DNA of 64,000 bases from the NCBI GenBank assembly GCA_964016885.1, contig OZ024744.1, positions 64,418,001-64,482,000 of the forward strand, given 5' to 3'. This document shows positions 11,819 through 23,321 of the stretch, piece after piece (the stretch's first letter is position 1; each line of letters begins with the position of its first letter). The notes under the pieces are model-generated. The model searched no databases. It was not told where the DNA came from and worked only from the letters and a program-made list of their open reading frames with translations. The stretch is from Eledone cirrhosa (taxonomy: Eukaryota). Position numbers and translations under genes: made by a program.

Positions 11819-12479
11819 GTCTAAGGGCTATATGTTATTTCCACCCTTCAATTTTGTTTGGTTGTATTGTCTCCGATAACAAGAACAAGAAAAAAATGAG
11901 CGATGTCAAACATAGCAACAACGTAAAATATAACTAACGCCAAGTAGAAACTTTTAATGTAAACACTGAATAATTGTTTTTAAACGAAACTACTAAAATA
12001 CAACAAATAGCACTTTAGTACTTTTAGTTCTTTAGTTTATTTTTGCGTTCATGGCTGCATCGCTACCTTCGAAGTTACAACACTACGGACAGAACATTTT
12101 GTGTTGTACCAATGCATGTTAAAGTATCGTTGTCAGAAATTACATTTCGATATTACGAACCAAACTGTATATATATATATATATATATATTGATGGTAAC
12201 AGTATAGGATAAAAGCAACTTAATACAAAATTTAACTATTCCTTTCTATTTCCTACAAGCTGGTTAAGTATATAAAATTCACTGAAAACCAATGAATCTC
12301 TGCCAATTCATAGATGTCACTGCTAGACTTCCCTAAAAGCTAAATAAGCTATAACTTATGGCTACACAACCCGGGGAGAGAGGGAGAATGGGCTCATTAA
12401 AAAAAATATTATTTCATTATTAATTTTCTTTAACATCGTCAAAAATTATATATATATTATTTAATCATTATCATTAATA

Positions 12480-13566
12480 AAATAACTGTTTCTACTTTAG
12501 ACACAAAGTCATCTGTGCATTACGGGTGCTTTATTTTATCGACCTCGGTGGGATTTGAACTCAGACCGCAAAAGGACACAACTCTATTCTGCAAAGCATG
12601 GTGTCCGATAATGTATAATTATCTAAAAAGAAAAAAAAAATTATTCGAATTCTTTTAGAGAAGGGCCTCAAATTTCATATAGCTTAGAGCCCTTGCAGGT
12701 CTAAGTACGTCCCTGGGTAATGTGTACTTTATTTTATCGTAAAGGGTCATAACTGTAAAGCAAGTTGTCCAACTCTGTACCGATACTGCCAATATAAAAA
12801 AAAATATAAAAAAACGGTTGACAACAATAAAATGCCAAGAAGAAAAAAGTTCCTTACAAAGAAGACAGCTATTTGGGATAATTTAAGGTACCCAACAAAT
12901 TTTGGTAGTTGATTAAATTTTACTGGTATTTTGACCCCAGAAATTATTGTGAGGCCAAATTGACTCTGCAAATATTTGATAAAAGAATATATATATATAT
13001 ATACATAAAAAAAAAAAACAGGATATAAATAGATGTTGCTCTTTGACAATTCTGCACAAGACCAGCAATTACCGCAGTACATTACTGGTACTTTATTTTA
13101 TCGACCCCATAAGGATGAAAGGCAAAGCTAATCTCAGCTGGATTTGAACTCATCCTAATAACGATGATGATAAAAAATTTAAGCAAAAGGCCTACATTTT
13201 TAGGGGAGAAGGGAAAGTCAATATATTACACCCTCTCCCATCCATACTTGACTGGCTCTTTAATTTATCAACCTCAGAAAGAGGAAAGACAAAGTTGACC
13301 TCAGCAGGATTTCAACTGAGGACATAAAGAGCTGGAACAAATAATGCTAAGTGTTTGTGCCATGCTCTAACAATTCTAATAATAATTATTTCTACTTTTG
13401 GCACAAGGCCAGCAATTAACCAGTATATTACTGGTACTTTATTTTATCGACCCCATAAGGATTAAAGGCAAAGTTAACGTCGGCGGGATTTGAACTCAGA
13501 CCGTAAAGAGACGTAACTCTATGCTGGAAAGCAAGGCGTCCGACTATCTACCGATACTGCCAATTC
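12480..13566 (-). mobile_element. Cluster of minus-strand SINE copies (about 12480-12610, 13040-13152, 13180-13378, 13380-13566)
   Basis: Repeated TTATTTTATCGACC...GGATTTGAACTCA motifs. The last copy is near full length. Confidence 0.8.
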
Positions 13567-13625
13567 AATGGTTTCTAACAATAGGCACATGGCCAGCAAT
13601 TTTTAAGTCGGGCAAAATTGATTAA

Positions 13626-13967
13626 CCCTTTAGCATTTACATTATATATACAGTGGATTGGCAGTATCGGTAGAGGGTCGGACGCCATGCTTTCCAGCAT
13701 AGTTACGTCCCTTTACGATCTGAGTTCAAATCTCGCCGAGGTTGACTTTGCCTTTCATCCTTACGGGATCGATAAAATAAAGTACCAGTAATGCACTGGG
13801 TAATTGCTGGCCTTGTGCCTAAAGCCTAAAGTAGAAACAATTATATATACAATTGTATTTTCACAGTAAAAGCATTATTTAGCTCACATAATCTATGAGA
13901 TTTTGATATTTTTTTCGACAACAATACCTTAACCTCAGTATGAGTGGCCAGTTTAAATGCTAAAGAG
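13626..13967 (-). mobile_element. piggyBac-like MITE inserted in a family B SINE and containing a family A SINE
   Basis: TTAA|CCCTTTAGCATTTAC ... TAAATGCTAAAGAG|TTAA. Confidence 0.8.
13653..13839 (+). mobile_element. tRNA-derived SINE family A, full length with 12-bp TSD
   Basis: ATTATATATACA at 13641-13652 and 13840-13851. TGGCAGTATCGG and GAGTTCAAATC boxes. Confidence 0.9.
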
Positions 13968-15027
13968 TTAAATCAATCCCACTCTGGTACTTTACTGGTA
14001 CTCTATTTTAATTGAACCTGGAAGACCTTTGTGGGACTTGAACTCAGAACATAATAAAGAGGCCAGAACTGCAGGGCATTAGAAAAGAAAAAAAAGAAAA
14101 AGCCGCTATAATGATTCTGCCAATTCACCGCCCTATATAATAACAACAACAACAACTCTCCTCTACCTCCTCCTACATTTTCTACTCCACATCCACAATC
14201 ATGTACTAACTACTCTTCCCTTAGTATGAAACCTGATATAAAAATGGCTTCACTTCCTTCTTGAATGTATAAATCAAACAGGATAAAGAATGCAGAACAT
14301 TCCCACTTCCTGTTGAGAATGTCTGCAGAATGGAACTCCAGCTCGCTACAAACACCTAATAAATAACTTTTACACACACATACAGAGAGAGAGAGAGAGA
14401 GAGAGGGGGGGATGAGGAGAGATTTCTACAACATATCAATACAAATTCAAATACATTTTTCAAATATAGATGTTATATTATATATTATATATATTATTAT
14501 TATTATTATTATTATTCAGATATAGCTGCTGACTCAAATCTCCCTGGGTAATGTAAACAAGATCCAAAGGACTTTGGAGATAATCAACAATTCCTATCCT
14601 ACAACTAGCAAAATATGGGTAACAACAACAAATATGGTGCCAACATGGCTGTGTGGTTAAAACATTTGTTCAGCAATCCTATGATTTCAGGCTCAATTCT
14701 ATAGCATAGCACAATCCTGAAAGTAAATTTAGTAGGCTTCTTTTCTCGCTCCTTTCTCTGACTGGGGAAAGCAATGTTTTGTATGTCTAAAAAGACTTGC
14801 TTTGTCACCATTGAAGGGCATAAACAGCACAATTGCTCACTGGTTTGTGCTAGAACTACTGTCACACAATTGTCGCCACAGTGTAGAGTTCCAGATAGAG
14901 CGACTTTCATTAATATCCTTTACCTGTCTCCTTTGCCTTTTCTCTCACCAGTGGGCCTTGTTGCTGGTTGATGCTGTGTGGAACTGACCACTAATCTGAT
15001 CAACTAACACACTGATCACTTATTTAA

Positions 15028-15234
15028 CCCTTTAGCAATTTAAACCAGCTGTATCCGGCCAGAATTCTCTCACCTCCTTCTGTTCAAACCAGCCATAACA
15101 GGTTGCTCATACTTATGTTAAAGTATTGTTCTCAAAATAAACAATATCAAAATCCCCTAAATTCAATATTATGTGAGGTAAAGCCTTTACCATAAAAATG
15201 CAATAGTAAATATACTGTAGAGTAATGTAAAGGG
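15028..15234 (+). mobile_element. piggyBac-like MITE
   Basis: TTAA|CCCTTTAGCAATTTAAACC...GTAATGTAAAGGG|TTAT. Confidence 0.8.
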
Positions 15235-15679
15235 TTATCCTTTATCTGTCCCCCTTGCTTTTACTCTCACCAGTGGGTCTGTTGCTGGTTGATGCTGAGT
15301 GGAACTGACCACAATCTCGTGAACTAACTCTCTGATGACTTATTTAAAGTTATGAAGGTCTGTGTAGGACCAGCCACTCTTTTTGGATCTGCTGATAGCA
15401 AAGGATTGGTGCACATGTGCGACACAAGATCTTTTGAACAATAGCCCTCATGTTTTATTGTCACAGAGTTTAACCTCTCTGGTACTGCATTGCATAAGTA
15501 AGTAACAAGCTGTGAAGTGGACCATCGAAGATGAATGCAAGGTTTATTGGATCGATGTTGACTCATGATTTCATCAGCCCATTGATGGGTTTTGTTTTTC
15601 ATCTCAGAGAGTGTCCAAAAATCGTCCTCCTAACCAAGCAGGTTTGGTGGAGTTCCTGACACACACACACACATATATA

Positions 15680-15824
15680 TATCATCATCATCGTTTAACG
15701 TCCATGTTCCACGCTTGCATGGGTTTGGACGGGAGTTTTCCCACTTGAGGCAAGAGTGGTTGTAGGACTGTCTGGCGGGTTTTCTACAGTTGGATGCCCT
15801 TCCTAACACCAACCACATTTACAG
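15680..15824 (-). mobile_element. RTE-type 3' tail fragment (SINE or LINE 3' UTR)
   Basis: Reverse complement of about 18262-18420, with a (GAT)n tail. Confidence 0.8.
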
Positions 15825-16909
15825 TAAGATCAAAAGATGGTTAAAAGAGTTCCATGTATTTTATTATGCGCATTTCAAAAACAAATATCATCATGCAATA
15901 ACATTTGTGTTTTCATCAGATAAAATAGGAAGACATGATATGAAGGTTAAAAAACACTTGTGAATAGTGCAGTTTTAAATCAACATATGAAAAGTAGTTT
16001 TAGATTGATGTGTGATATTGGGGGAAAAAAATGTTTGATATATGGGGGGTTTGGAAAGGATGAAAAAGAGGAGGAGATGAGAGTAAAAAGTGGAGGGGGA
16101 GGAGAGATGGGTGATAGAGAGAGAGAGATAGCTTTTGTAACTGAGAAAAATATATTGTTTTACATAGAGAGGTTGAAAAACCGTTGGAAGATAATATATA
16201 AATTAAAAGAATTTGAAAATTAACGAAGAGAAAAATAATGTTAAGTTAAGGTTTGTATATTGAAGCGTTTAATAATATGTGCGATGAAAAGAAATTGTTA
16301 ATATGTATTAAGAATAATATTTAAGGGTTTAATAATATGTGCGATGGAAAGAAAATGTTAATATGTATTAACATATTATTCACATATTATTAAACCCTTA
16401 AATATTATTCTTAATACATATTAACAATTTCTTTTCATCGCACATATTATTAAACGCTTCAATATACAAACCTTAACTTAACATTATTTTTCTCTTCGTT
16501 AATTTTCAAATTCTTTTAATTTATATATTATCTTCCAACGGTTTTTCAACCTCTCTATGTAAAACAATATATTTTTCTCAGTTACAAAAGCTATCTCTCT
16601 CTCTCTATCACCCATCTCTCCTCCTATCTCATCCTTCCTCATTATACTCCTCCCCCTCCACTTTTTCATCCTTTCCACCCCCACCCCCCTCCCCATCAAA
16701 CATTTTTTTCCCCCAATATCACACATCAATCTAAAACTACTTTTCATATGTTGATTTAAAACTGCACTATTCACAAGTGTTTTTTAACCTTCATATCATG
16801 TCTTCCTATTTTATCTGATGAAAACACAAATGTTATTGCATGATGATATTTGTTTTTGAAATGCGCATAATAAAATACATGGAACTCTTTTAACCATCTT
16901 TTGATCTTA
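15825..16909. repeat. 1.08-kb inverted repeat / foldback element (arms about 520 bp, 39-bp spacer)
   Basis: 15825-16341 is the reverse complement of 16381-16909. The mirrored ORFs 15960+ and 16499- are identical except in the middle. Confidence 0.95.
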
Positions 16910-17131
16910 TATATTATGTATACTCCAGTCCTACAAACTGTAGAGTGCTTCTTATCCGATATCTGCATTGCTATTGTACTGCAATAAAACTCACCTCCTA
17001 CACACACACACACATATATATATATAACGAAGGAAATGTGGTAAGGAACCAGGTGGACCATAACGCACCAAAGTACTCAATACTTAGGGTAGTAGAGTGG
17101 GTAATAGGAACAAGTAGGGGTCTTACTTGTT

Positions 17132-17171
<40 letters not shown>

Positions 17172-17173
<2 letters not shown>

Positions 17174-18409
17174 AAAATTAACCTGGCTAAGACTAAAGTT
17201 CTAGTTTGTAAGAAAGAAAGTAAGGCGGCGGTCCCTTCCGGGAAGTGGCCATGCTCAGTGTGTAGGAAAGGCGTAGGTAGAAACTCCATTTTGTGTCCCA
17301 AATGCAAAGTATGGGTGCATAAAAGATGTAGTGGGATCACAAGTAAGCTAACTAAGAACATAGATTTTACATGTGGCCGGTGCTCTGGTGCAATAAGTAG
17401 CAGCAAGTGCCCACAAAATACTAGCTCCTTCAACTGCGCAGAGGGTTCTATAGAAATAGTGGACAGCTTCCGTTACCTGGGTGACAAAATCAGCAGTGGG
17501 GGAGGGTGCTCTGAAAGTACAGTAGTTAGAGTCAGAACTGGATGGAAAAAGTTCAGAGAGCTTATACCACTATTAGCCACTAAAGGGTTCTCCCTAAAAA
17601 TGAAAGGCAGGTTGTATGATGCCTGCATACGAACAGCAATGTTGCATGGCAGTGAGACCTGGGCATTGTGTGCAGAGGATATACGCAGACTAGAGAGGAA
17701 CGAAGCTTGCATGCTCCGCTGGATGTGTAATAGTAATATACGTGAACGGCAAAGCATAAACGAACTAAGGAAAAAATTAGAAATAAGAGGGATTAGATGT
17801 TGTTTACTCGAGAGAAGGCTACGTTGGTATGGTCATGTGATGCGCATGAAAGACGATAGCTGTATAACAAAGTGCAGGGCAATAAAGATAGACGGTAGCT
17901 ACGGAGTAGGCAGACCCAGAAAAACCTGGGATGAGCTGATAAATTCCGACCTCACACGCTTACACCTCTCCAAGACAATGTCACTGGACCGAGACCGTTG
18001 GCGGTACTCAGTAATAGAGAAGACCCGCCTTTCCTAAATACAAAGTAAAACCTACTACAGTCAGTAGGCATCTCTAACAAAATACACCCCCGTCCCACCA
18101 CCCCCACCCCATCCACACCGCCCCTTTCAATGTAAAGTTATGTTGGTGCCACAACATCCAGGCCGAAACAAATGAGATTGTGTAGGTGTCACGACAAAAA
18201 ACACACAGTCCACGCTGTAATGTGGCCGTGTAGGCAACACGGTAAAAACCTCCCAGCCCCACACTGTAAATGTGGTTGGTGTTAGGAAGGGCATCCAGCT
18301 GTAGAAAACCCGCCAGACAGTCCTATGCGAGCAAGACAATCACTCTTGCCTCAAGTGGGAAATACCCCCGTCCAAACCCATGCAAGCGTGGAACACGGAC
18401 GTTAAACGT

Positions 18410-18445
<36 letters not shown>
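17172..18445 (+). mobile_element. RTE-clade LINE 3' portion (open frame 17172-18037) plus 3' UTR/tail, between (TA)n tracts
   Basis: LKINLAKTKVL, WPCSVCRKG..NSILCPKCKVWVHKRC...CGRC, VDSFRYLG, LHGSETW, RLRWYGHVMRM, GRPRKTW and DRDRWR. The tail is CGGACGTTAAACGTT(GAT)n. Confidence 0.9.
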
Positions 18446-18446
<1 letters not shown>

Positions 18447-18467
18447 ATATATATATATATATTAGGT

Positions 18468-18804
18468 GTTGGAGGCATATGGCTTAGTAGTTAGAGCATT
18501 GGCTTTGCAATCGAAAGGTTGTGAGTTCAATTCTCGGACCGGGTGATGTGTTGTTTCCTTGAGCAAGAGACTTTATTTCACATTGTTCCAGTTTATTCAG
18601 CTGTAGAAATGAGATAATAGGGACTGAGGTCCCTATCATTCCACTGCAAAGTGGTCGTGGAAGCGCCACGGCAAAAAAGCACCCAGCACTCACTGTAAAT
18701 GAGGTTGGTGTTAGGAAGAGCATCCAGCTGTAGAAATCAAGCCAGAATCAGTTCCTGTCCCACCTTTGCAAGCAGGGAAAAGCGGACGTAAAATGATGAT
18801 GATG

Positions 18805-18806
<2 letters not shown>
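18468..18806 (+). mobile_element. tRNA-derived CORE-like SINE with RTE-derived tail
   Basis: TGGCTTAGTAGTTAG (A box), GAGTTCAATTC (B box), CCTTGAGCAAGAGACTTT..CTGTAGAAATG central domain, and tail GCAAGCAGGGAAAAGCGGACGTAAAA(TGA)n. Confidence 0.8.
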
Positions 18807-18837
<31 letters not shown>

Positions 18838-18885
18838 AGTGTGTGCTGAAGAGGACCTGTCCCACCCTTGCAAGAAGGGAAAAGT

Positions 18886-18930
<45 letters not shown>

Positions 18931-18939
18931 CACACATAG

Positions 18940-19213
18940 ATCCTATATTATGTGAGATAAAGCCTTTAGAGTGAAAATATAATAGTAAATATAGAGTAAT
19001 GTAAATGGTAAAGGGTTAAACTGGCTGTCTCCAGCCAGAATAGTCTCACCTCTTTCTGTTCAAACCAGCTGTAAGCAGCTGCTCATACTGATGTTAAGGT
19101 ATTGTTTTCAAAATAAATAATATCAAAATCTCATATATTTGATATTATGTGAGGTAAAGTCTTTACCGTGAAAATACAATAGTATATATCGAATAATAAA
19201 AATTCTAAAGGGT
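18940..19213 (+). mobile_element. Two abutting partial piggyBac-like MITE copies
   Basis: Two right ends AAAGGG|TTAA (about 19015 and 19213). The body matches 19614-19834. Confidence 0.75.
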
Positions 19214-19613
19214 TAAAAAAAGAGGGTGCAAGGTCATGGTAGAGAGTAGATATGGAAAGACAAAGATTAAAAGAGATTGGGTGAGGAATTGGGTACACAA
19301 ACTTTCATAAAATTTATGTGTGTGTGTGTGAATGACTGTATACAAGATAAATAGTTGTTTAAATCTATCTATTTACTATTTTAATTGTGTCACAGATATC
19401 CTTCCTTACTTAGAATTCATTGTAAAAATTCATTCACTTTTTATTTTTACTGTTCCTTTGCTTTTTTATAGATGAAAAGAAAAATCGACAATAATTTCAA
19501 AGTAGTTTAAGAAAAAATATGAAATATACATACTACACACCTCTACGTATCTATTTCTGTATACCTTATTTCTTGAGTCTGTGTATATACTTTCAGTAAA
19601 TAAAATCAGTTAA

Positions 19614-19834
19614 CCCTTTAGCATTTAAACCGGTCGTATCCGGCCAGAATTCTCTCACCTCTTTCTGTTCAAACTGGCTGTAACCGGCAGCTCATACTGA
19701 TGTTAAGGTATTGTTCTCAAAATAAATAATATCAAAATCTCATTGATTCGATATTATGTGAGATAATTATGTAAAATAAAGCCTTTAGCGCGAAAATACA
19801 ACAGTAAATATAGAGTAATGTAAATATTAAAGGG
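19614..19834 (+). mobile_element. piggyBac-like MITE, complete (221 bp)
   Basis: TTAA TSD on both sides, TIR CCCTTTAGCATTTA / TAAATATTAAAGGG. Confidence 0.88.
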
Positions 19835-20094
19835 TTAAGTCTATCTGAGGATGACGGCCAATTGAACAGGGTTTTCGAGACTAGAAATAGGTGGATACAC
19901 ACACACACTCATCCTGCTCTTAGATGGATAACTTAACCTGGCTAATGAACCCCATCTTTTGGGAGTTGTTCTCTTTGACTGGTTGCCAACAACAGCTGAC
20001 ATTCCTGGTCTACTCAGCCAGTTATGGGGCTGAGTGCACATTTCATCATGACTTAATGAAGGATTCGAAGCTGTTAATGTGAAAACAGAAATGA

Positions 20095-20190
20095 ATGGTA
20101 CAGAACAAGGGACTGCATATGATGTTTGTTGATCAAACCAAGACATTTGACATAATAGGCAGGAAAGTTTGCTGGGAAATTATAAAGGTG
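20095..20190 (+). pseudogene. Short decayed non-LTR RT fragment
   Basis: QNKGLHMMFVDQTKTFDIIGRKVCWEII resembles the RTE motif xNxxLYxxFVDLxKAFD. Confidence 0.5.
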
Positions 20191-20290
20191 TAGTAGGACA
20201 ACAGGCAGACTAATGGGGAAGGAAGACTTTGAATATAGTAGATCTTCAAGGTTAATTCACAGTAAGAGTACTAGTAATATAATAAACCTT

Positions 20291-20892
20291 TTCCAATACC
20301 AGGTAGGATCCATAGAAGTAGTTGATAGTTTCTACTACCTAGGTAACATAATTAACAGCGGAGCCAGGTTCCCCGAGAGCATAGTAGCTAGAATAAGGAC
20401 AAGATAGAAGAAGTTTAGAGAGCTACTACCTCTATTGACAACAAAAGGTTTCTCCCTATGAATGAAAGGTCTGCTGTATGATACCGTTGGGTAAAATGTG
20501 ATGCTGCATGGTAGTGAGACATGGTCAATGAATGCAGAGGATAAGCAAAGGTTGGAGAGAAATGAAGCAAATATGCTTCAATAGATGTGCAAGATTAATG
20601 TGCATGAACAACAATGCACAGATGAAATAAGAAAGAAACTGGGTAAAAGAGGAATCAGATGTAGTGTGCAGGAGAGGAGACTGCATAGGTATGGACATGT
20701 AAGGCATATGATATGGACATAATAATCAAAGTACCAAGTAATCTCAGCAGAAGGAAGATCAAGGAAGATCTGTGTGGAAGTGGTAAGAGCTGATCCCAAA
20801 TTGCTAAAGCTCACAGAAGAAGTGATGGAGGAATGCTATGAAGTGGAAAGATGCTGTGCTGAAAAAGACAATCCAACCCATGCGAACATATG
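20291..20892 (+). mobile_element. Decayed RTE-clade LINE 3' fragment
   Basis: GSIEVVDSFYYLG, KFRELLPLL, LHGSETW and ERRL, with stops. Homologous to 17440-18030. Confidence 0.85.
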
Positions 20893-21075
20893 ATGGTGGT
20901 GGTGGTGGTGGTGGTGGTGGTGGTGATGGTGATGATGATGATGATAAGGTTATTCCTCCACTCCCGAAAATAAAATTCCATAGCATGGTTTTCCAGCTAC
21001 ATAAGGATCAGTGTAGCCAAGGCAGACACAACAATTAACATTCAAAGCTCTTTCTTTTGTAAACCTCTCCCTTAA

Positions 21076-21692
21076 CCCATTAGCATTTACACTACTCTAT
21101 ATATACTATTGTGGTAAAGGCTTTATCTCACATAATATCGAATCTACGAGATTTTGATGACATTTATTTTGAGAACAATACCTGTCATGAATCTTGGCCA
21201 ATGACCGAAAGAATATGATCACGAATACAAGCGGCCGAAATAGGGTTTCTCCAAAGGGTCTTTGGAGTAACATTACTTGATAAAGTGAGTAGCTCCGAGA
21301 TTGGAGAGTTGTTCCATTCGAATTAAGAGATCACGGCTTTGACACTATAGCCATGTGGTTAGAATCGTTAAAGAAATTTTACGGCAAAACCAACTGACAG
21401 GAGACCCAGGGGGGTAGACCCTGAGCAAGATGATTGGATAATATCCATGAGCTTGGCTGGTCATGCTTAAGGATTTGGTCAAATCAGTTGGAGATGGTTG
21501 CTTCTGACAGGACCCGCTGGAATGAGTGTTTGAGGATTCTGCACCCACGATCCTCTCGGGAATAAGTGGACGAAGAAGAAGAACAACAACAACAATACCT
21601 TAATGTTGGTATAAGCGGCCGGTTATGGTTGATTTGAACAGAAAGAGGTGAGAGAATTCTGGCCAGATACAGCCGGTTCAAATGCTAAAGGG
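21076..21692 (-). mobile_element. piggyBac-like MITE split by a LINE insertion
   Basis: Halves at about 21076-21183 and 21591-21692. Confidence 0.75.
21184..21590 (+). mobile_element. Expander/Rex3-like RTE LINE 3' fragment with 10-bp TSD
   Basis: HESWPMTERI*SRIQAAEIGFLQRV..., a (GAA)n tail, and AACAATACCT at 21174-21183 and 21591-21600. Confidence 0.85.
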
Positions 21693-22671
21693 TCTAGATT
21701 TTATTGAACCCATTTTTACAGTTTGTGTTGAAATGCAGTAAAAGCTGAACTACTGTGGTGTAATAAATTAATAACAGCCATCTAAAAATGGTTCACTTTT
21801 AATCACATACATACCTTAAATTTTGGGGCTGTGTGAAAGTTAGAAATCAATATTAAAAAAAAAAAAAAAGAATGACCACAAATAGCCATATTACAATAAT
21901 AAAACCAATTTTACAACAATACAGTCCATATAGGAAACTAGTGATTGTCTGCATTGGTAAAAAGAATTTAGAAAGGTTCATAAATTTAGATAAGTTCATA
22001 TACTGTGGCTGAGATGAACATATTACAACATACTGGTTAGACCAGTATGTGGTAGTAATATACTGGTTAGACTAGTATTTTACTACTACAATATACAGGC
22101 CTAACTTATTTCTTTCCAGCCTATGTGTGTTGTAAATATTGTCCGAGATCCAAATATTGTTCTCTGATTTTTCATATTTGTAGATTGCTTACAACAATCA
22201 TACATGTTCACATTTATATGTGAATCCAAATTCATTATATTGAATTACTATACTATGTTTAATTGTGAAAAAAGTATAAATAAATATGTCACCTCAAGTT
22301 TGGGGGAAAAAACAATGCAATTACATTTTTAACCCTTTCTATAACAATTCAGCCAAAATTGCCTCTACTTCTATGGATTAATAGCCAACAATTTTAAACA
22401 GTTCCGATTTAAATTAAATATTTCTACCATCATTTTGTATAAGAAATAATAGAAATAATTTTAGCAAATCTCTCCAGATTCTTCAGTAATTAATTCAAAT
22501 ACAGCAGATTTTATTATAAATATGGCAACGAATGAGTTTAGGAAACTAAAATGTACCATCAGATCTTTTAGTAAACTAAAACGGTTTTATCATCTTAAAT
22601 CTTACTGAAACATAAGGATGTTATCCCCCCTTTCGCTTAAACCAAAGTGTGTTAACATCTATAACTTTTAA

Positions 22672-22879
22672 TCCTTTAGCATTTAAACGAGCTGTATCTG
22701 ACCAGAATTCTCTCACCTCTTTCGGTTCAAACCAGCTGTAATCGGCTGCTCCTACTTATCTTAAGGTATTGTTCTCAAAATAAATAATATCAAAATCGCA
22801 TAGATTCGATATTATGTGAAATAAAGTGTTTACCATGAAAATACAATAGTAAATATAGAGTAATCTAAATGTTAAAGGG
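22672..22879 (+). mobile_element. piggyBac-like MITE
   Basis: TTAA.CCTTTAGCATTTAAAC...TAAATGTTAAAGGG. The body matches the family. Confidence 0.8.
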
Positions 22880-22946
22880 TCCTGTACTAAATGAAATTAC
22901 ATCGGCAAGGTGATGATCATCATCACCATTTACGTATATTTTCAGG

Positions 22947-23008
22947 GAATCCCAGACACTCCTTTGTGGAACCCTTGGGTTACGAAGAACCCACTTTGGG
23001 AACCACTG
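22947..23008. mobile_element. hAT-Charlie-like terminal fragment
   Basis: Ends TTTGGGAACCACTG, as at 11805-11818. Confidence 0.55.
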
Positions 23009-23321
23009 ATCTATTTCATGCCAGTATATTTTGAGAGAGTGTTACTGATGAAAAATTAACAAATCTTGAAACAATGTTGTCTGTCATTCTCAGAATATAC
23101 TAGCAGCTCTATGATATATTCATGAAGGAAAATGGAGAAGAAAAAATTTTTTTATTATGAATAAAATATTTTTCTTTAGCAATGAGGCTACCCACATGTT
23201 TATTGTATATAAATGTATTATATATGTTTATGTGTCTTCATATACACGTCTAACATACTTAAATGTTGTCTTGGCTTGGTGCTACCAACAATTTTACACA
23301 CACACACACACACACACACAG

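Noticed and set aside
11365-12715. Larger hAT (Tip100-like) element with GGGCCC subterminal motifs
   Set aside because: The termini are degenerate and no matching 8-bp TSD is seen. It cannot be supported without a library search.
15960-16774. Two paralogous 87/91-aa genes
   Set aside because: They are a by-product of the inverted repeat, start at GTG, are low in complexity and differ by arbitrary purine-tract changes.
18468-18545. tRNA gene
   Set aside because: A/B boxes are present, but I could not fold a proper cloverleaf and the sequence continues into a SINE body. The same applies to the other SINE heads.
22333-22537. Second piggyBac-like MITE family
   Set aside because: The left end TTAACCCTTT is present, but the right end is too degenerate and there is no second copy in the window.
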